Shown here in pieces: positions 41,901-56,590 of a stretch of DNA of 64,000 nt (the first letter of the stretch is position 1; every line of letters starts with the position of its first letter). The notes below the pieces were generated by a model, which saw only the letters and a program-made list of their open reading frames with translations, was not told the origin of the DNA and made no database searches. A program made the translations under genes and the position numbers. The DNA lies in the NCBI GenBank assembly GCA_964016885.1, contig OZ024743.1:249798001-249862000 (forward strand), read 5' to 3'. Origin of the DNA: Eledone cirrhosa (lineage: Eukaryota).

Positions 41901-43689
41901 ACATTTTGTCAGATAGTCTGTTCCTGTATTACAAACAGCCAGCCTTATTACACATGTTGTCAGATAGAATGTCCCTGTATTACAAACAGCCAGCCTTATT
42001 ATACATTTTGTCAGATAGTCTGTTCCTGTATTACAAAGAGCCAGCCTTATTACACATTTTGTCAGATAGACTGTTCCTGTATTACAAACAGTCAGCCATA
42101 TTACACATTTTGTCAGATAGTCTGTTCCTGTATTACAAACAGCCAGCCTTATTACACATTTTGTCAGATAGTCTGTCCCTGTATTACAAACAGCCAGCCT
42201 TATTACACATTTTGTCAGATAGACTGTTCCTGTATTACAAACAGCCAGCCTTATTACACATTTTGTCAGATAGTCTGTTCCTGTATTACAAACAGCCAGC
42301 CTTATTACACATTTTGTCAGATAGACTGTTCCTGTATTACAAACAGCCAGCCTTATTACACATTTTGTCAGATAGACTGTTCCTGTATTACAAACAGCCA
42401 GCCTTATTACACATTTTGTCAGATAGTCTGTTCCTGTATTACAAACAGCCAGCCTTATTACACATTTTGTCAGATAGACTGTTCCTGTATTACAAACAGC
42501 CAGCCTTATTACACATTTTGTCAGATAGACTGTTCTTGTATTACAAACAGTCAGCCATATAACACATTTTGTCAGATAGACTGTTCCTTTATTACAAACA
42601 GTCAGCCTTATTACACATTTTGTCAGATAGACTGTTCCTGTATTACAAACAGCCAGCCTTATTACACATTTTGTCAGATAGAATGTCCCTGTATTACAAA
42701 CAGTCAGCCATATAACACATTTTGTCAGATAGTCTGTTCCTGTATTACAAACAGCCAGCCTTATTACACATTTTGTCAGATAGTCTGTTCCTGTATTACA
42801 AACAGTCAGCCTTATTACACATTTTGTCAGATAGACTGTTCCTGTATTACAAACAGCCAGCCTTATTACACATTTTGTCAGATAGACTGTTCCTGTATTA
42901 CAAACAGCCAGCCTTATTACACATTTTGTCAGATAGTCTGTTCCTGTATTACAAACAGCCAGCCTTATTACACATTTTGTCAGATAGTCTGTTCCTGTAT
43001 TACAAACAGCTAGCCTTATTACACATTTTGTCAGATAGACTGTTCCTGTATTACAAACAGCCAGCCTTATTACACATTTTGTCAGATAGTCTGTTCCTGT
43101 ATTACAAAGAGCCAGCCTTATTACACATTTTGTCAGATAGACTGTTCCTGTATTACAAACAGTCAGCCTTATTACACATGTTGTCAGATAGACTGTTCCT
43201 GTATTACAAACAGCCAGCCTTATTACACATTTTGTCAGATAGTCTGTTCCTGTATTACAAAGAGCCAGCCTTATTACACATTTTGTCAGATAGTCTGTTC
43301 CTGTATTACAAACAGTCAGCCTTATTACACATGTTGTCAGATAGACTGTTCCTGTATTACAAACAGCCAGCCATATTACACATTTTGTCAGATAGACTGT
43401 TCCTGTATTACAAACAGCCAGCCTTATTACACATTTTGTCAGATAGACTGTTCCTGTATTACAAACAGTCAGCCTTATTACACATGTTGTCAGATAGACT
43501 GTTCCTGTATTACAAACAGTCAGCCTTATTACACATTTTGTCAGATAGTCTGTTCCTGTATTACAAAGAGCCAGCCTTATTACACATTTTGTCAGATAGA
43601 ATGTCCCTGTATTACAAACAGCCAGCCATATTACACATTTTGTAAGATAGTCTGTTCCTGTATTACAAAACAGCCAGCCTTATTACACA
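38946..43689. repeat. 51-bp tandem array, 93 units
   Basis: Unit ttttgtcagatagactgttcctgtattacaaacagccagccttattacaca. Register is kept at 39001, 40021, 41041, 42061 and 43081, with a single +1 A near 43670. Confidence 0.98.
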
Positions 43690-44265
43690 TTTTGTCACAC
43701 TGAATCTCCCTATGGAATACTCAACCATATAGACTATAATACAAAGTGGAGTGTATCTATAATTCAAATGGCCAGCCTTTTTCACATATTGTGACTGTGT
43801 TACACAGCATTTCCCTGTGAATTACATTAATGATACACATGTCTGAGAAAAACTCAGTCACTTAGACTATAATTGTTTCTACTTTTGGCACAAAGCCAGC
43901 AACTACCACAGTGTATTAATGGTCCTTTATTTTATTGACCCCATAAGGATGAAAGGCAAAGTTAACCACTCGGCGGGATTTAAACTCAAATCATAAAAGG
44001 CCATAACTCTATGCTACAAAACATGACATCCGACCCTCTACTGACACTGCCAATCCACCACCCTTAGATTATAACGCAAGATAAATGGTACCTGTAATTC
44101 AAAAAGCCAACCTTATCAGAGTGGACTACACAGAGTCTCCCTGTGAATTATGTTAAAGGTACACGTCTTGGGAATGCTCAGCCACTGACATGTTAATACC
44201 GCAAGCTATCTAGCTGTTCCATTGATCAAACAACTGCACTACACATCGTGGTCCACTCCATTCCA
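43690..44265 (+). mobile_element. Fragments of a dispersed repeat (probable SINE) related to the 51-bp unit, interrupted by a family D SINE
   Basis: Two similar segments at about 43750-43862 and 44085-44190 (tccctgtgaatta...tacac...ctcag.cact). Confidence 0.5.
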
Positions 44266-44363
44266 CTAATGTTTATGCCAGGAGATACTCTTGATAGTTT
44301 TCAAGCAGATTTAAGAAGGCTGAAAGCATTTCTTTCAAATTCTAATACATTAACAAAAACCCC

Positions 44364-44395
<32 letters not shown>

Positions 44396-45141
44396 ACAAT
44401 AACAATCAAAAGAAATATAGACATCATAGCTATGAAGTTTCAATGTTGCAGAAAATAATTTAGCAAGTGTGAAAAAAAAAAGAAAAGAAAAACGTAAAAC
44501 GATGATGATGCTGTTTAGTTCAAAGCAATGAGGCTAATGGTACGTAAGTTACATCAAAGATGACCTGAGAAAGAAAAAAGAAAGACATTTTTTATGTAAC
44601 TTATAGGGGAGACTACACTTGGTAAAATACAAAATAATTTGATGGGTTTGATGGCTAGATTGCACTAAAGATTATATTAAAAGGTGCAAGTATGGCTGTG
44701 TGATTAATGAGTTCACACACACACCTATGTGTGTATGTGTATGTATATATATATATATATAAATTTATATGTATATATATTTAAGCTAACGAGGTATCGT
44801 TTAAGACAATCCAAGTAGAGGTTATGTGTACTCTGTGCCGAGTATAGTTCTAACACTTGGCGTTATTTGGCTCAACAAGATGTTAACTTAGTTGTGGTGT
44901 TCAGGTGGCCGATTCCAGACTGTTCCTACGTAAGTGGTTCCTTTATATATAAATAGTTTGGATCTAGCTGTCGAAACGGGCGGAGCTCAGCCGTCAGGGT
45001 CTTGAATCTTTTCCTATTACCCACTCTACTACTCTAAGTATTGAGTACTCTGGTGCCTCTGGTCCACCTGGTATCTTACCACACCTTCTTTGTTTGTTAT
45101 ATATATATATATATATATATATGCGTGTGTGTGTGTGTATG

Positions 45142-46480
45142 CAGGGTGATTAATAAACAACTGGCCCTTCACACATTTTGTGTCACTGTATATTCATTTT
45201 CAAAACAATCAACCTTAAATTTTGAGACATGGCAGATATGTCTGAGAAGACAACAAGACCCCTATGGGAGCTCCAGCACTGGATGTTTTGTGTGAAACAT
45301 TACTATAACTGTGGCTCATACCAGCAGGTTCAGGAGCAATTTCATGCATTTTTATGAACAGACTAATCTTCCTTCAATACCAATATACAAAACTAGGTGA
45401 AGAAATTTGAGACCTATGGGACAGAGGAGAATCTTAATACAATGTCTGAGGACCATCCTATCCATTCTGGATGACCCATGAAGTGTGAACAGGAAGATAT
45501 TAAAATAGTCAGATAGTCTGTTGAACAGAATTCCAAAAGATCACTGAAGTGCAGGAGAAGCCCATCCTTGGGTCTCTCCAAAGAAAGTTGCAGGTTTGTC
45601 AAAAAGAATCTTTAGCAATACTGCTACAGTATACAGAATAAACAAAAGTTTACTGTAGCTGATAAGACCAAGAGAAAAGCTATGGCTGAAAAATTACTGG
45701 AGAAGATGGAAAACAACCCCAATTTTCTGAATCTGCTGTGGACCGCTGATGAAGCCCACATTCACTTAGAGGGGAAAATCAACAATGTGTTATAGAGGTC
45801 AGACAAACACACTGGTGGCTGTGTATCCTCTCCACTCAACTAAATGTATTATCTGGGCAGTCATTTCTGAGAGAGGGTTGATTGGCTCATTCTTCTTCGT
45901 CTAAGAAAATGGCATCATTGTTAGTCACAAGGAAATGTTATGTAGAAGTCCTGGAAGGCTTAAAAAAGGAGCTACAGACTATGTACTCATCTCTACTTAA
46001 TACGTTCTGGTTCCAGCAAGATGGAGCAAGCCCTCACACCTCAAATGAGTTGCAAGAATGGCTGAAAAATAACTTTGGAAATCATGTGATCAGTTTGATA
46101 ACTAATTTTGTGTGTGCTCAACACAGTCCTGATTTAAGCCCCCACCCATGTTTTTCTTTGAGGCTATTGGAAGAGTAGGGTATATGTCAACAAACCTAGG
46201 GCCATCACTATACTAAAGAAAAACATCAAGGTGGAGATAAGAGCCATCCCTATGTCTGTATTATGATAAACTTCACAATGCACATAAAAAAAATGCATGG
46301 ATTCAAATGGGGATCACTTGGACCATGTGCTGTAACGCTGGACAGAAACATCAGAAGATATAGAATGTTTGATATGTTGTTTGTAATGGTTTGAACTAAA
46401 TATATTCAGAGTTTTATCAGTTTTGGTCAAAAAATGAATAATTTAGACAAAAATAAAAATGGGACAAGATGTTTTTAGTC
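45142..46480 (+). mobile_element. Decayed Tc1/mariner transposon, probably DD41D (rosa)-type
   Basis: Left end CAGGGTGATTAATAAACAACTGGCCC with a degenerate inverse at 46461-46480. Motifs WTADEAHIHL, WFQQDGASPHT and SPDLSP, with about 41 residues of spacing. Many stops. Confidence 0.8.
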
Positions 46481-47104
46481 TCTCTCTCTCTCTCTCTTCT
46501 CTCTCCTTATATATATATAGCGTGGAAGATAGACGTTAAACGATGATGATGATGATGATGTATATATGTGTGTGTGTTTGTGTACATGGCATAGTAGTAT
46601 GTATATGAACCATGATTTCACTAAGGGTTTTAGGTGCTCATGCAGTCATGATACACTCTCGATCTTCCCTCCATTGATCCAGTGGAACAATCATGGTAAC
46701 AGTTGATAAGTTAGAGTTAGAGGGCTGAGCTGGTACTTCTTTTATCAACCTTGAAAGGATAAAAAGCAAAGTGGACCCTGGTGGGGTTTGAACACTGAAC
46801 ACAGAAAACTGGGTTAAATATCCAACACACTAACAACTCTGCCAAATTGTATGCATATGTATATTCATGTGTGTGTGTACATGTCTGTGTTTATGTACCA
46901 TAACCTAACAGTTTGTCAATAGGAGATCGATAAAATAGGTTTCAGACTTGACAAAAATTAAGTACTGGAGTGTCGATATGATCAATTAAATCCCTTTGAA
47001 GTGATGCTCCAGGTGGCCGTTGTCTCATGACTGAAACCAAGAAGAATATGAAAGAATAACAACCTATAAATATTTGGTTAAAAAACAGTAGAAGACCCAT
47101 TATT

Positions 47105-47149
<45 letters not shown>

Positions 47150-48457
47150 CTAACGAAGGCATTTTGCATATTGGAAAGATGGGAAGCTAGCTATATATAT
47201 ATTTACTTAAATTAACATATTATCAAGAAGCAATTTCCTAAGACAAATATGAACAATAAAACCACATTTACATAAATAAAATATCTCTTAACATTTTCAT
47301 GTCTGAGATTTTCTTTGAATTTTGGAAAACCAAAATATAAAATAAAATAGAAAATGATGTAGGGAAACGAAAGAGCATTGAACTTTGCTATAATCTATAA
47401 TCTATAAATGTAGATCAGAAAGACAAACAAAATCAATGACCCTTGTCACAAGGAAAGAAACAGTAAACAGCTTATCATCCTGTATTAATAATTTTTGTGG
47501 TTTCAGAAAAAGATGTGCCTCTTCAGATTATATATATATATATGTGTGTGTATGTATTTGAAAATAAATATATATAGTGATTTTAAGTAGTCTGAGAATG
47601 CATACCTATATTTTCTTCTTTCTGTCCCTATCACTGTCTTGCTTTAACCCTTTTGCTACTATATTTCTAATGAAAGACATTGCTTGTGATTTTCAAATGA
47701 TTTTGAAACAGATCAAGAATTTGGTGGGGATTTAGTAAAATAACTAAGTTTCTTATTATTAATCTGAACATAAAATTTCTTGCATAAAAAATCATGGTGG
47801 AAGGTTTTCAGATAAATATAAACACTTAAATATAGACAGTTTTGTATCATAAAGCCAGAAGCAGTAGCAAAAGGGTCAAAGCCACACACGAATAAGCCTG
47901 ATGCCTATCTATTGGGAACCAAATCATTCAACCTTTTGATACAAAACTGCTTGAAACTGCACCTGGCACTATGATACAAAACTGCCTGTTTTAAAGCGTT
48001 CATACTTATATATAAAAACCTACTATCATAATTTTATATAAGAACATTTGTTAGGTTATGCACCAGTAATGAAAAGGTTAGTTATTTTACTCAATTCTTT
48101 CAAATGTTTTGTTATTTTCAAAAATAATTGAAACACATTCACAGCTCATTTCAAATATGGTGAAAAACGGGTTAAACTTTGTCAAGAGTATTAATGAAAG
48201 ATGAAATAGCAATATCAATATTGTGAATACATACAAACTCTATCAATTTATAATATCCATAGTAGACAATCTTGAATCAATGTTACCATTTTATAACAAT
48301 ATATCTCAGCTAACTTCATTCCTTTTCCACTTTTAATTTCTTGATAAAACAACTGACATTTTTTGATGAAAAAATATCGACTTATTAGAAGTAAAAATAG
48401 CTTTAATGATGTAGATATAAAGATCATTATTATTATTATTATGGTTAATAAAGAAAG

Positions 48458-48506
<49 letters not shown>

Positions 48507-48826
48507 GTCATCATAATTATTATTATGGATAACTATAGTAATTAGCTAAGCAATATCAATTCCATTTTCTGATATAGACACTGTTCAAGAAGGATATTTT
48601 TTTAGATTAAATTATAAGAGATAAAGATTATTTTGTAGTTAATTTAGTTTTTTTAATAGTAAAACAATTTTCAATAATATCCTTATTACGAATGTTTTGA
48701 TGGATTAACAAAATAACAAAGCATTCTTTTGTTGTTTTTTTCATAAAACCTCTCCAGCTAAAGTAAAAAGCAATGATGCCCTAACACTGTATGTTAAACT
48801 AGTGGTATCTAAATAATACAATGTTT

Positions 48827-48869
<43 letters not shown>

Positions 48870-49053
48870 CACCACACTGTAAGGTGATAGTGCTGATGCT
48901 GCAACAAAAAGCACCCAGTCCACCCTGTAAGGTGGTATTGCTTGAGTCATGTTATAATATTTAGATAGGGCATCCAACTGTAGAAACAAAGTTCAAATAA
49001 CTGATCAGAAAACATGAAAAATAGATGTTAAATGGTGATAATGATGATTGCAT

Positions 49054-49090
<37 letters not shown>

Positions 49091-51309
49091 GAGAGAGCAT
49101 AATGTAACAAAGGTTCTTACATAAAAAAAATCATGATGGAAAGTTCATAGATAAATATAAACTCTTTAAAATAAAATTTTGTATCATAAAACCAGGGCCA
49201 GTTTCAAGCAGTTTGGTACCAAAAGGGTTACAACCACATGTGAATAATACCAATGCCAAATTATTAAGGACCAAATTCTTAACCCAGAGAGAAAGAAAAA
49301 GAGATCATGTTCTACATCTGCCAGGAGTTGTGTCTGGCAGATAGTAGTCTCAGCAATGAAAAGAACAATGGAAGCATTGTTTCCTTTATCTGATCTGATC
49401 ATTGGCTTCTTTCCATTAGTAGAAGCAGGTGGAGTTTGAATGCAGAGCTTAAATAGACATAAATACAATAGCATGTAATCTAACTCTCAAAACTACCAAT
49501 TTTCTCATCATCCTCATCCTCATTCAATGTCAGCTTTCTCAGATAGCAAGGTTTGGATGGGTTGTCAGAGCAGAGGAACCGACACCACAGTGGGTCAGGA
49601 GCCTGCATCTTGCTTATGTTCTTGCACCCTACTGAGTGCTCCGATGGACAGCCAACTGAGTGAAATTCACTTACATATGATCCCTCACACTATAGTGTAC
49701 ATCTTATCATTACACCAGCACTATCAAGAGTCTTTCCAACCTTTCATTTGGTAAATTTTCTATGGCTGGATGCCCTTCCTATCATCAATCACTTTACAGA
49801 GTGTACTGGGTGTGTTTATCATGTAAATCATCAACTCTAGGGAGGTTAGCTGATGAGTCTTCCTAACCCTTTGTTTGGCAAATTTTCTATGGTTGAAGCT
49901 CTTTTTAATTCCTACTTTATAGAGTGTACTGGGTGCATTTATCATGTAAATAACCTAGAATCACCAAGAACTGAATTCTGAATTACACTAAAGCTATATA
50001 ACAATAGATGAAAATGTATTGCATTATCACAGAAAATGAGTAGTGGAGTGGCAGAATCATTGGATCCTTGGACAAAATGCTTTGCAGTATTTATTCTAGT
50101 TCTTTATGTGCTGAGTTCAAATCCTGCTGAAATCAACTTTGCCATTCACCCTTCCATGGTCAATAAATAAGTACTAAGGTTGATATAATCAATTCATTCC
50201 AGCTCTTTATTTTACTGAGTTCAAATCCTGCAAATGTTAATTTTACAATTCATCCTTCCAGTGTCGATAAATAAAGTACCAGTCATCTACTGAGGTTGAT
50301 ATAATCAATTATCCCCTCCAATCAAACTAGTGGCTTTGCGCCTGAATTAGTAACCTTTATCACAGAAAAACATTTTCAGCAGGAGCAACAGCAGTTATAT
50401 TAACAGCAAAAGTAGTTAATCCAAAGTAGCAATGTGCTGAAAATATTATGCAGAAAATGATAATAATGTTTGTATTACAACATTAGCTGTAGTTGTAATA
50501 TGCAAGTAGTAGTAGTAGCAGCGAACTAATCTTGATTTAACAATTTTTTTACCATATTTCTCATGGAAGAAATTGTCTATGATTTGCTAACAATTTTGAA
50601 AATAATCAAGAATTGGGAGGTATTTAATAATATAATTAACTTTCACATTATTGGCATTTGGAATCTAACTTAACAAAGCAGGAACTGTATGTATTTGTTT
50701 TACAAGATTCTTGATGTGAAATCGTGTGTTGAAACCGAAATTGTTATATTTGGGATTGGTCATGTTGCCAGTATTGCTTATTAAAACCAGATAGTTATTG
50801 AGGAGGTCATAGAAAGGGTGACAAAAGAACTTTGATGAGCTAACCAATAGCTAGTAATAAAAATAAAGTGAAAAAGCAAAAATGATATGGTGCATGGGTT
50901 TTTTTTATTGACAATACTGGCAACATGATCATCTCCAAATATGAAAATACACACACACACATATATATATACATATGCATATTCTCATAATGTTAATTGT
51001 CTTGGTTAGTTAAGATAATTGACAATGGTCTTAGGTGTTGAAACTGCAGTAAAGGAATTTTGATGTGAGTATAAATTTATTCTTCTCTGAATTTATTTTG
51101 TGAATGTCACCCACCTTATGAATGTATATAAATCTATATGTATTCATATGTGTGTCTGTCAGTGTATATATATATATACATTTATATGTGTGTGTGTTTA
51201 TATATATATCTCCATATGTGGTTGGCGTTAGGAAGAGTGTCAAACCATATAAGCCATGACAAAACAACGTGTACTAGCAGGACCTAGATGTTAAACTGTG
51301 ATGATCATG

Positions 51310-51760
51310 AAGATGTGCCGTGGAGTGGGGAGACCCAAGAAGACCTGGGATGAGGTGATAAAAGCCGACCTTGCCCAATTGCACCTCTCAAAGGTGATGA
51401 CACAGGATCATGACCTCTGGCATCACACAGTAATACAGAAGACCCGACTTCCCACGGGAACAAGCCGAAGCTGAAGCATATAGACAATATGTCCCCACTG
51501 CAAAGTGGTTGTGGAGGTGTCACGACAAAAAAATCACCCAGCCCACACTGTAAAGCGGTTGTGTTGGTGTCACAAAAAAAGCACCCAGCACTCACTGTAA
51601 ATGAGGCTGGCATTAGGAAAGGCATCCAGCTGTAGAAATCAAGCCAGAATCAGTTCCCGTATGAGCAGCACAAGGTCACACGACCTAAGATCGCCCACAA
51701 CAGGACAACCCGTCTAACCCATGCTAGCGTGGAAGAATGGACGTAAAATGGTGATGATGA
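51310..51760 (+). mobile_element. RTE 3' end with UTR
   Basis: GRPKKTWDEVIKADL and a UTR near-identical to 10340-10790. Confidence 0.85.
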
Positions 51761-52064
51761 TATATATATATATAAATATGTGTGTGTGTGTCTGTGTGTA
51801 TAGTTCAGGGAAACGAGAAAGCAGAGATAGAAAACGTCTTATTAGTTTCACTCTTTATTTGGGAAAGTGGAAAGAAAGTTTGACACGTCAGGCTTTAGCC
51901 CTTCTTCAGGAGTACAAAAAATAGAGACAGGATCACAAAGGATAGATACAGAGAATAAAAGGTAGTCAGTAGTAAAACAATGAGAGTAAACAAGACAAAC
52001 TGTTAGGTAGTCTTGGTAACATAAATTAGAACACTAAGTGAAGTGTGTGTGTATTTGTGTCGAT

Positions 52065-54070
52065 ATAAGAGACAAAAGACTGGCATTGGGAAAAATGGTG
52101 GGAGTAGAGAAGGATACACAGCCGCTAAGAGAGAAGCTAGACGTCAGGTGTACTTAGCACACAGAGGGGCTGAGAGTAGGAGGTTTGCCAATGTTCTGTA
52201 ACGGGAAGATCAGAGACATGCGGTGTTCTGCATTGCAAGGCAGTGTGTCAATGCAGAATGTTGTTGGAGCTAAGTGTGTCCAGAATGATCAGAAAAAGGA
52301 GGCTTGGAAATGACATTAAAAGAGACTGATGAATGTGGAGAATGAATGGGAGAGAGATAAATTACCCCCAGTAGACTTGACAGAGGGACCAGCTATTGAG
52401 ATTGGCGAATATAGGGTACAAGAGGCAATTAAAGAAATGAAGAATGGTAAGGCTGCTGGACCGTCGGGGATAGTTGCTGAGATGCTGAAGGCATCAGGAG
52501 AAGTAGGCACTAAACTGGTTGCACGCATCATCAATCAAGCTATATATGGTGGTGTCATACCCAAAGACTGGTGCAGCACTATTCTCATATGTTGCTACAA
52601 AGGTAAAGGGGATGCTCTGGAGAGGAGCAATTATAGGGGCATAAAGCTGATGGATCAGGTTATGAAAGTGAGTGACAGAGAATATTAGCGCAACTGATTA
52701 GAGAAAGGGTCAAATTAGATGAAATCCTGTTTGGTTTTGTGCCTGGGAAAAGTACAACAGATGCCCTCTTCTTAGTGAGACAACTACAAGAGAGATTCTT
52801 AGAGAAGAATAAGCCACTATACTTAGCTTTTGTTGACCTAGAGAAGGCCTTTGATAGGGTACTCCGATCGGTCATCTGGTGGTCCCTAAGGAAACTAGGT
52901 GTTGAGGAATGGCTTGTGAGGACAGTGTAAGCTATGTACAGGGGCGCTGTCAGTAAAGTGAGAGTAGGAATGGAGTTTAGTGAGGAATTCCAGATACAAG
53001 TAGGTGTACATCAGGGTTGGGTCCTCAGCCCACTCTTGTTCATTATAGTCCTCCAAGCCATAACAGAGGAGTTTAAGACTGGATGCCCATGGGAACTTCT
53101 CAATGCTGATAATCTGGTTCTTATAGCAGAATCAGTAGAGGAGCTAGAGAATAAATTTTGGCTATGGAAACAGCAGTTGGAATCAAGAGGACTGAGAGTG
53201 AACATAGTTAAGACAAAGGTGTTGATAATTAGAAGAGAGGACAATACTCTGATTCCATCAGAGAAATGGCCATGTTCGATATGTAGAAAAGGAACTGGCA
53301 TAAATTCCATAAAATGTACACAATGCAGATCTTGGGTACACAAGAGATGTAGTGGGATAGCAGGCAAACTAACAGGTAGGGAAAACCACGTATGCAGTAG
53401 ATGTACAGGGAAAGTTGGCAGTAGTAATCGCAGTGATAGACACATTTTTCCAATACAGATGGGTTCCATAGAAGTGGTTGATAGCTTCCGGTACCTAGGT
53501 GATCATGGGAGGGGAGTATTCTGAGGCCATAGTATCGAGAATAAGGATGGGTTGGAAGAAGTTCATGGAGCTGCTCCCTCTGTTGACAAAGAAGGATTTC
53601 TCCCTGCGTACGAAAAGACAGTTATATGATGCCTGTGTGAGATGCGCGATGTTGCATGGTAGTGAGACATAGGAAGCAACTGCAGAGGATATGCGATGGC
53701 TGGAGAGAAATGAAGCAAGCATGCTCTGTTGGATGTGCAATGTCAATGTGCATGAACGACCAAGCATAGATGAGTTGAGAAAGAAACTGGGTATAAGAAG
53801 GATAAGTTGTGGTGTGCAGGAGAGAAGACTGAGATGGTATGGACATGTGATGCACATGGAGGATGACCGCTGGGTAAAGATGAGCCAAGAAATCCCAGTA
53901 GAAGGAAGATGCAGTAGAGGAAGACCACGAAAAACATGGGTGGAGGTGGTGAGAGCAGACCTCAGATTGCTGAATCTCACGGATGAGATGACGAAGGACC
54001 GTGACAAGTGGAGAGATGCTGTCCCACCCATGCAAGCAGGGAAAAGTGAACGTAAAATGATGATGATGAT
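52065..54070 (+). mobile_element. 5'-truncated RTE LINE with stops and frameshifts
   Basis: KAAGPSGIVAEMLKA, YKGKGDALERSNYRGIKL, FVDLEKAFDRV, a PHD-like segment, RRLRWYGHV and a (GAT)n tail. Confidence 0.93.
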
Positions 54071-54479
54071 TTATATATATATATATATATATGTGTGTGG
54101 CACATTAGTAGATTTTATACAGAGTAATGAGATTACATTTCACTATTCCAATGCACGGCACTCAGTGTTCAAATCCCACCAAAATAAACTTTATCTTTCA
54201 TCTTTTTGGGGTTGATAAATAAAGTAGTAGTCCAGCACTGGAGTTAGTTCTTCATCTATTACACCTTTCAACGAAGAAATTAGCTGTGTTCAGACTCGGG
54301 GAGGAATGGACTCTCAGTTTTAAATGTGCCACTGAGATTCCTTTGAGAGTTAAGGACTTGTGGTATATGTGTGTGTATATTTTGTGCCTCAGCATGTCTT
54401 CAGTCCAATGACTGAATACAGTAAAAGAATAAAGGGATATATAAATATTACTAAAGCAATCTCAAATAAAATTCTATGT

Positions 54480-55262
54480 GCTAAAGATATATAGTTCGTT
54501 CTCGGTGTCTGTTTCTAGGCTGTGGAAATAAGGGCTTCAGTTTCAACTTTTAAGTTGCTTTTCCTATTCCATTCCCATTTCTTATCTTTGTCAACTGTCT
54601 CAGGCATTTCATGCAAGAATTGACCATATACTTTTTTTCTTTCCATCTATTCAAGGTTTTGACTGTCTTGTTTAAATTCTCTCTTTTCCTTTGATTCATC
54701 ACTGCTTAGGACCTTTATCTTTTTTACTCCTGCCATCAATATCTCCCTTGAATTCTGTCCATGCCAGATTATTTTCCTCAGACTTCACACACATTTCACA
54801 GTAATGAACATCTCTTCCTCCTCTCTGTTGTGATAATACAACCTATCCATGTCTGTCACTTGACACTACAAGTGGCTTTATGAGTCCCTTGTAGTGTCAT
54901 AATTTTCCTGGTCTTTCTATAAAGTTCCTCATCCCATCTCCACTCTATCACAGCAGCACTTGACCTTAGAGCTGCAACAGCCCATGTGTTGATAGCCAGT
55001 ATCTTATTCCTACCACTTAACTTTGTCTTTAACACCAACTTCACTCTCCATTTATATTCCTTTTATAATAGTTCTTTCATTTGCTTCTCTTTCATTTTGT
55101 CTGTTGACAGGATGCCTAGGTACTTATACCTGTTGTTGTCAATTTCCTTCATAACTTGTCGATCTGGTAATACAATTCCTTCCATTTTATCTATTCTACC
55201 TTGCTTCAGTAGTAGCACCCCACACTTTTTTATACCAAATTCCATTCCTTCGTCGGTACTGA
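54480..55262 (-). mobile_element. Decayed R4/Dong-clade LINE RT fragment
   Basis: GMEFGIKKC, YKYLGI and LKTKLSGRNKILAINTWAV are typical of R4/Dong RT. Confidence 0.8.
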
Positions 55263-55444
55263 ATGTATGACCTGTCTGTACAAGGGAATCAATTTGTTCA
55301 TTGGATTTCCCATAAAGTTTTAGTGCTGGTGCATTTCATCATGGCACCAGCATTAAATCAGTTGACTTGCCTTTGCCACAGCTGGGAAGTCCTACTACCC
55401 CTTTGTATGGCAAACTTTCTATGGTTTGATGCCCTTCCTATCAT

Positions 55445-56590
55445 AGTGCAAGCCATGTATAGAGGAGTTGTCAGTAAAGTGAGAGTAAGAAATGAGTTTA
55501 GTGAGGAATTCAAGGTACAGGTAGAAATTCATCTTAGCTCACTGATATTCATCATAGTTTTCCAGGCCTTAACAGACGAGTTTAAGAGTGGCTGTCCATG
55601 GAAACTTCTCTATGTGGATGATATGGTTCTATTAGCTGAATCTATAAAAGAACTAGAGAGTGAGTTCTGACTATAGAAATAGAATTTGGAATTAAAAGGT
55701 CTGAAAGTAAACTTAGCCAAAACTCAAGTGCTAGTGAGTAGGAGAAAAATAGGGCCCTGATTACCCCAGTGATATGGCCCTGCTCAATACCTAGAAAAGA
55801 AGTAGGCATAAACTCTATAAGAGGTACACAATGTAAATCTTGGGTATACAAGAGATGTAGAGTGATAACAGGTAGACTAACAGGAAGGGAAGACATTATA
55901 TGTAGAATGTGACCAGGAGTAATCAAGGGTAAGAGCATCAGTATATAAACCTTTTCTAGGCCCAGGAAGGGTCCACACTAGTGGTTGATAGCTTCTGCTA
56001 TCTAAGGTGACTTAATTAGCAGTGGAGGAAGGTGCTCTGAGAGCATAATAGCTAGAATAAGAATAGGATGGAAGAAATTTTGAGAGCTACTCTAAAAGGT
56101 TTCTCTCTACATAAAAAAGGATAACTGTATGATGTTTGCGTGTGATGTGCAATGCTGCATGATAATGAAACATGAGCTGTGACTGCAGAGGACATTCATA
56201 GGCTGAAGAGTAATGAAGCAACCATGCTTCATTAGATTTCCAATGTAAATGTGAGAGAAAGGCAGAGCTTGGATGAACTGAGGGAGAAACTAGGTTTAAG
56301 AGGAATTTGAAGTGGTGTGCAAGAGAAAAGACTGCATTGGTATGGATATGTGATGTGCAAGGATAATGATAGCCGGGTGAAGAAGTGCCAGAAAAGCCCA
56401 GTGGAGAAAAGCCACAGTAGAGGTAGATCAAGAAAGACCTGGGCAGAGGTGGTGAGAGCTGATCTTAAATTGCTGAGACTGACAGAGGAGATGATGAAGG
56501 AACACTGTGTTGAAAATGACCTGTCAAACCCATGCAAGTATGGAAAAACAGACGTAAAAACTATAATGGTGATGGTGGTGATGATGATGA
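55445..56590 (+). mobile_element. Decayed RTE LINE 3' half
   Basis: AMYRGVVSKVRV, GCPWKLLYVDD, RLHWYGYV and a (GAT)n tail. Confidence 0.85.

Noticed and set aside
38946-43689. CRISPR array, or Cys-rich metallothionein-like gene on the plus strand
   Set aside because: The units are contiguous and near-identical with no unique spacers or cas genes, and the plus frames are broken by stops.
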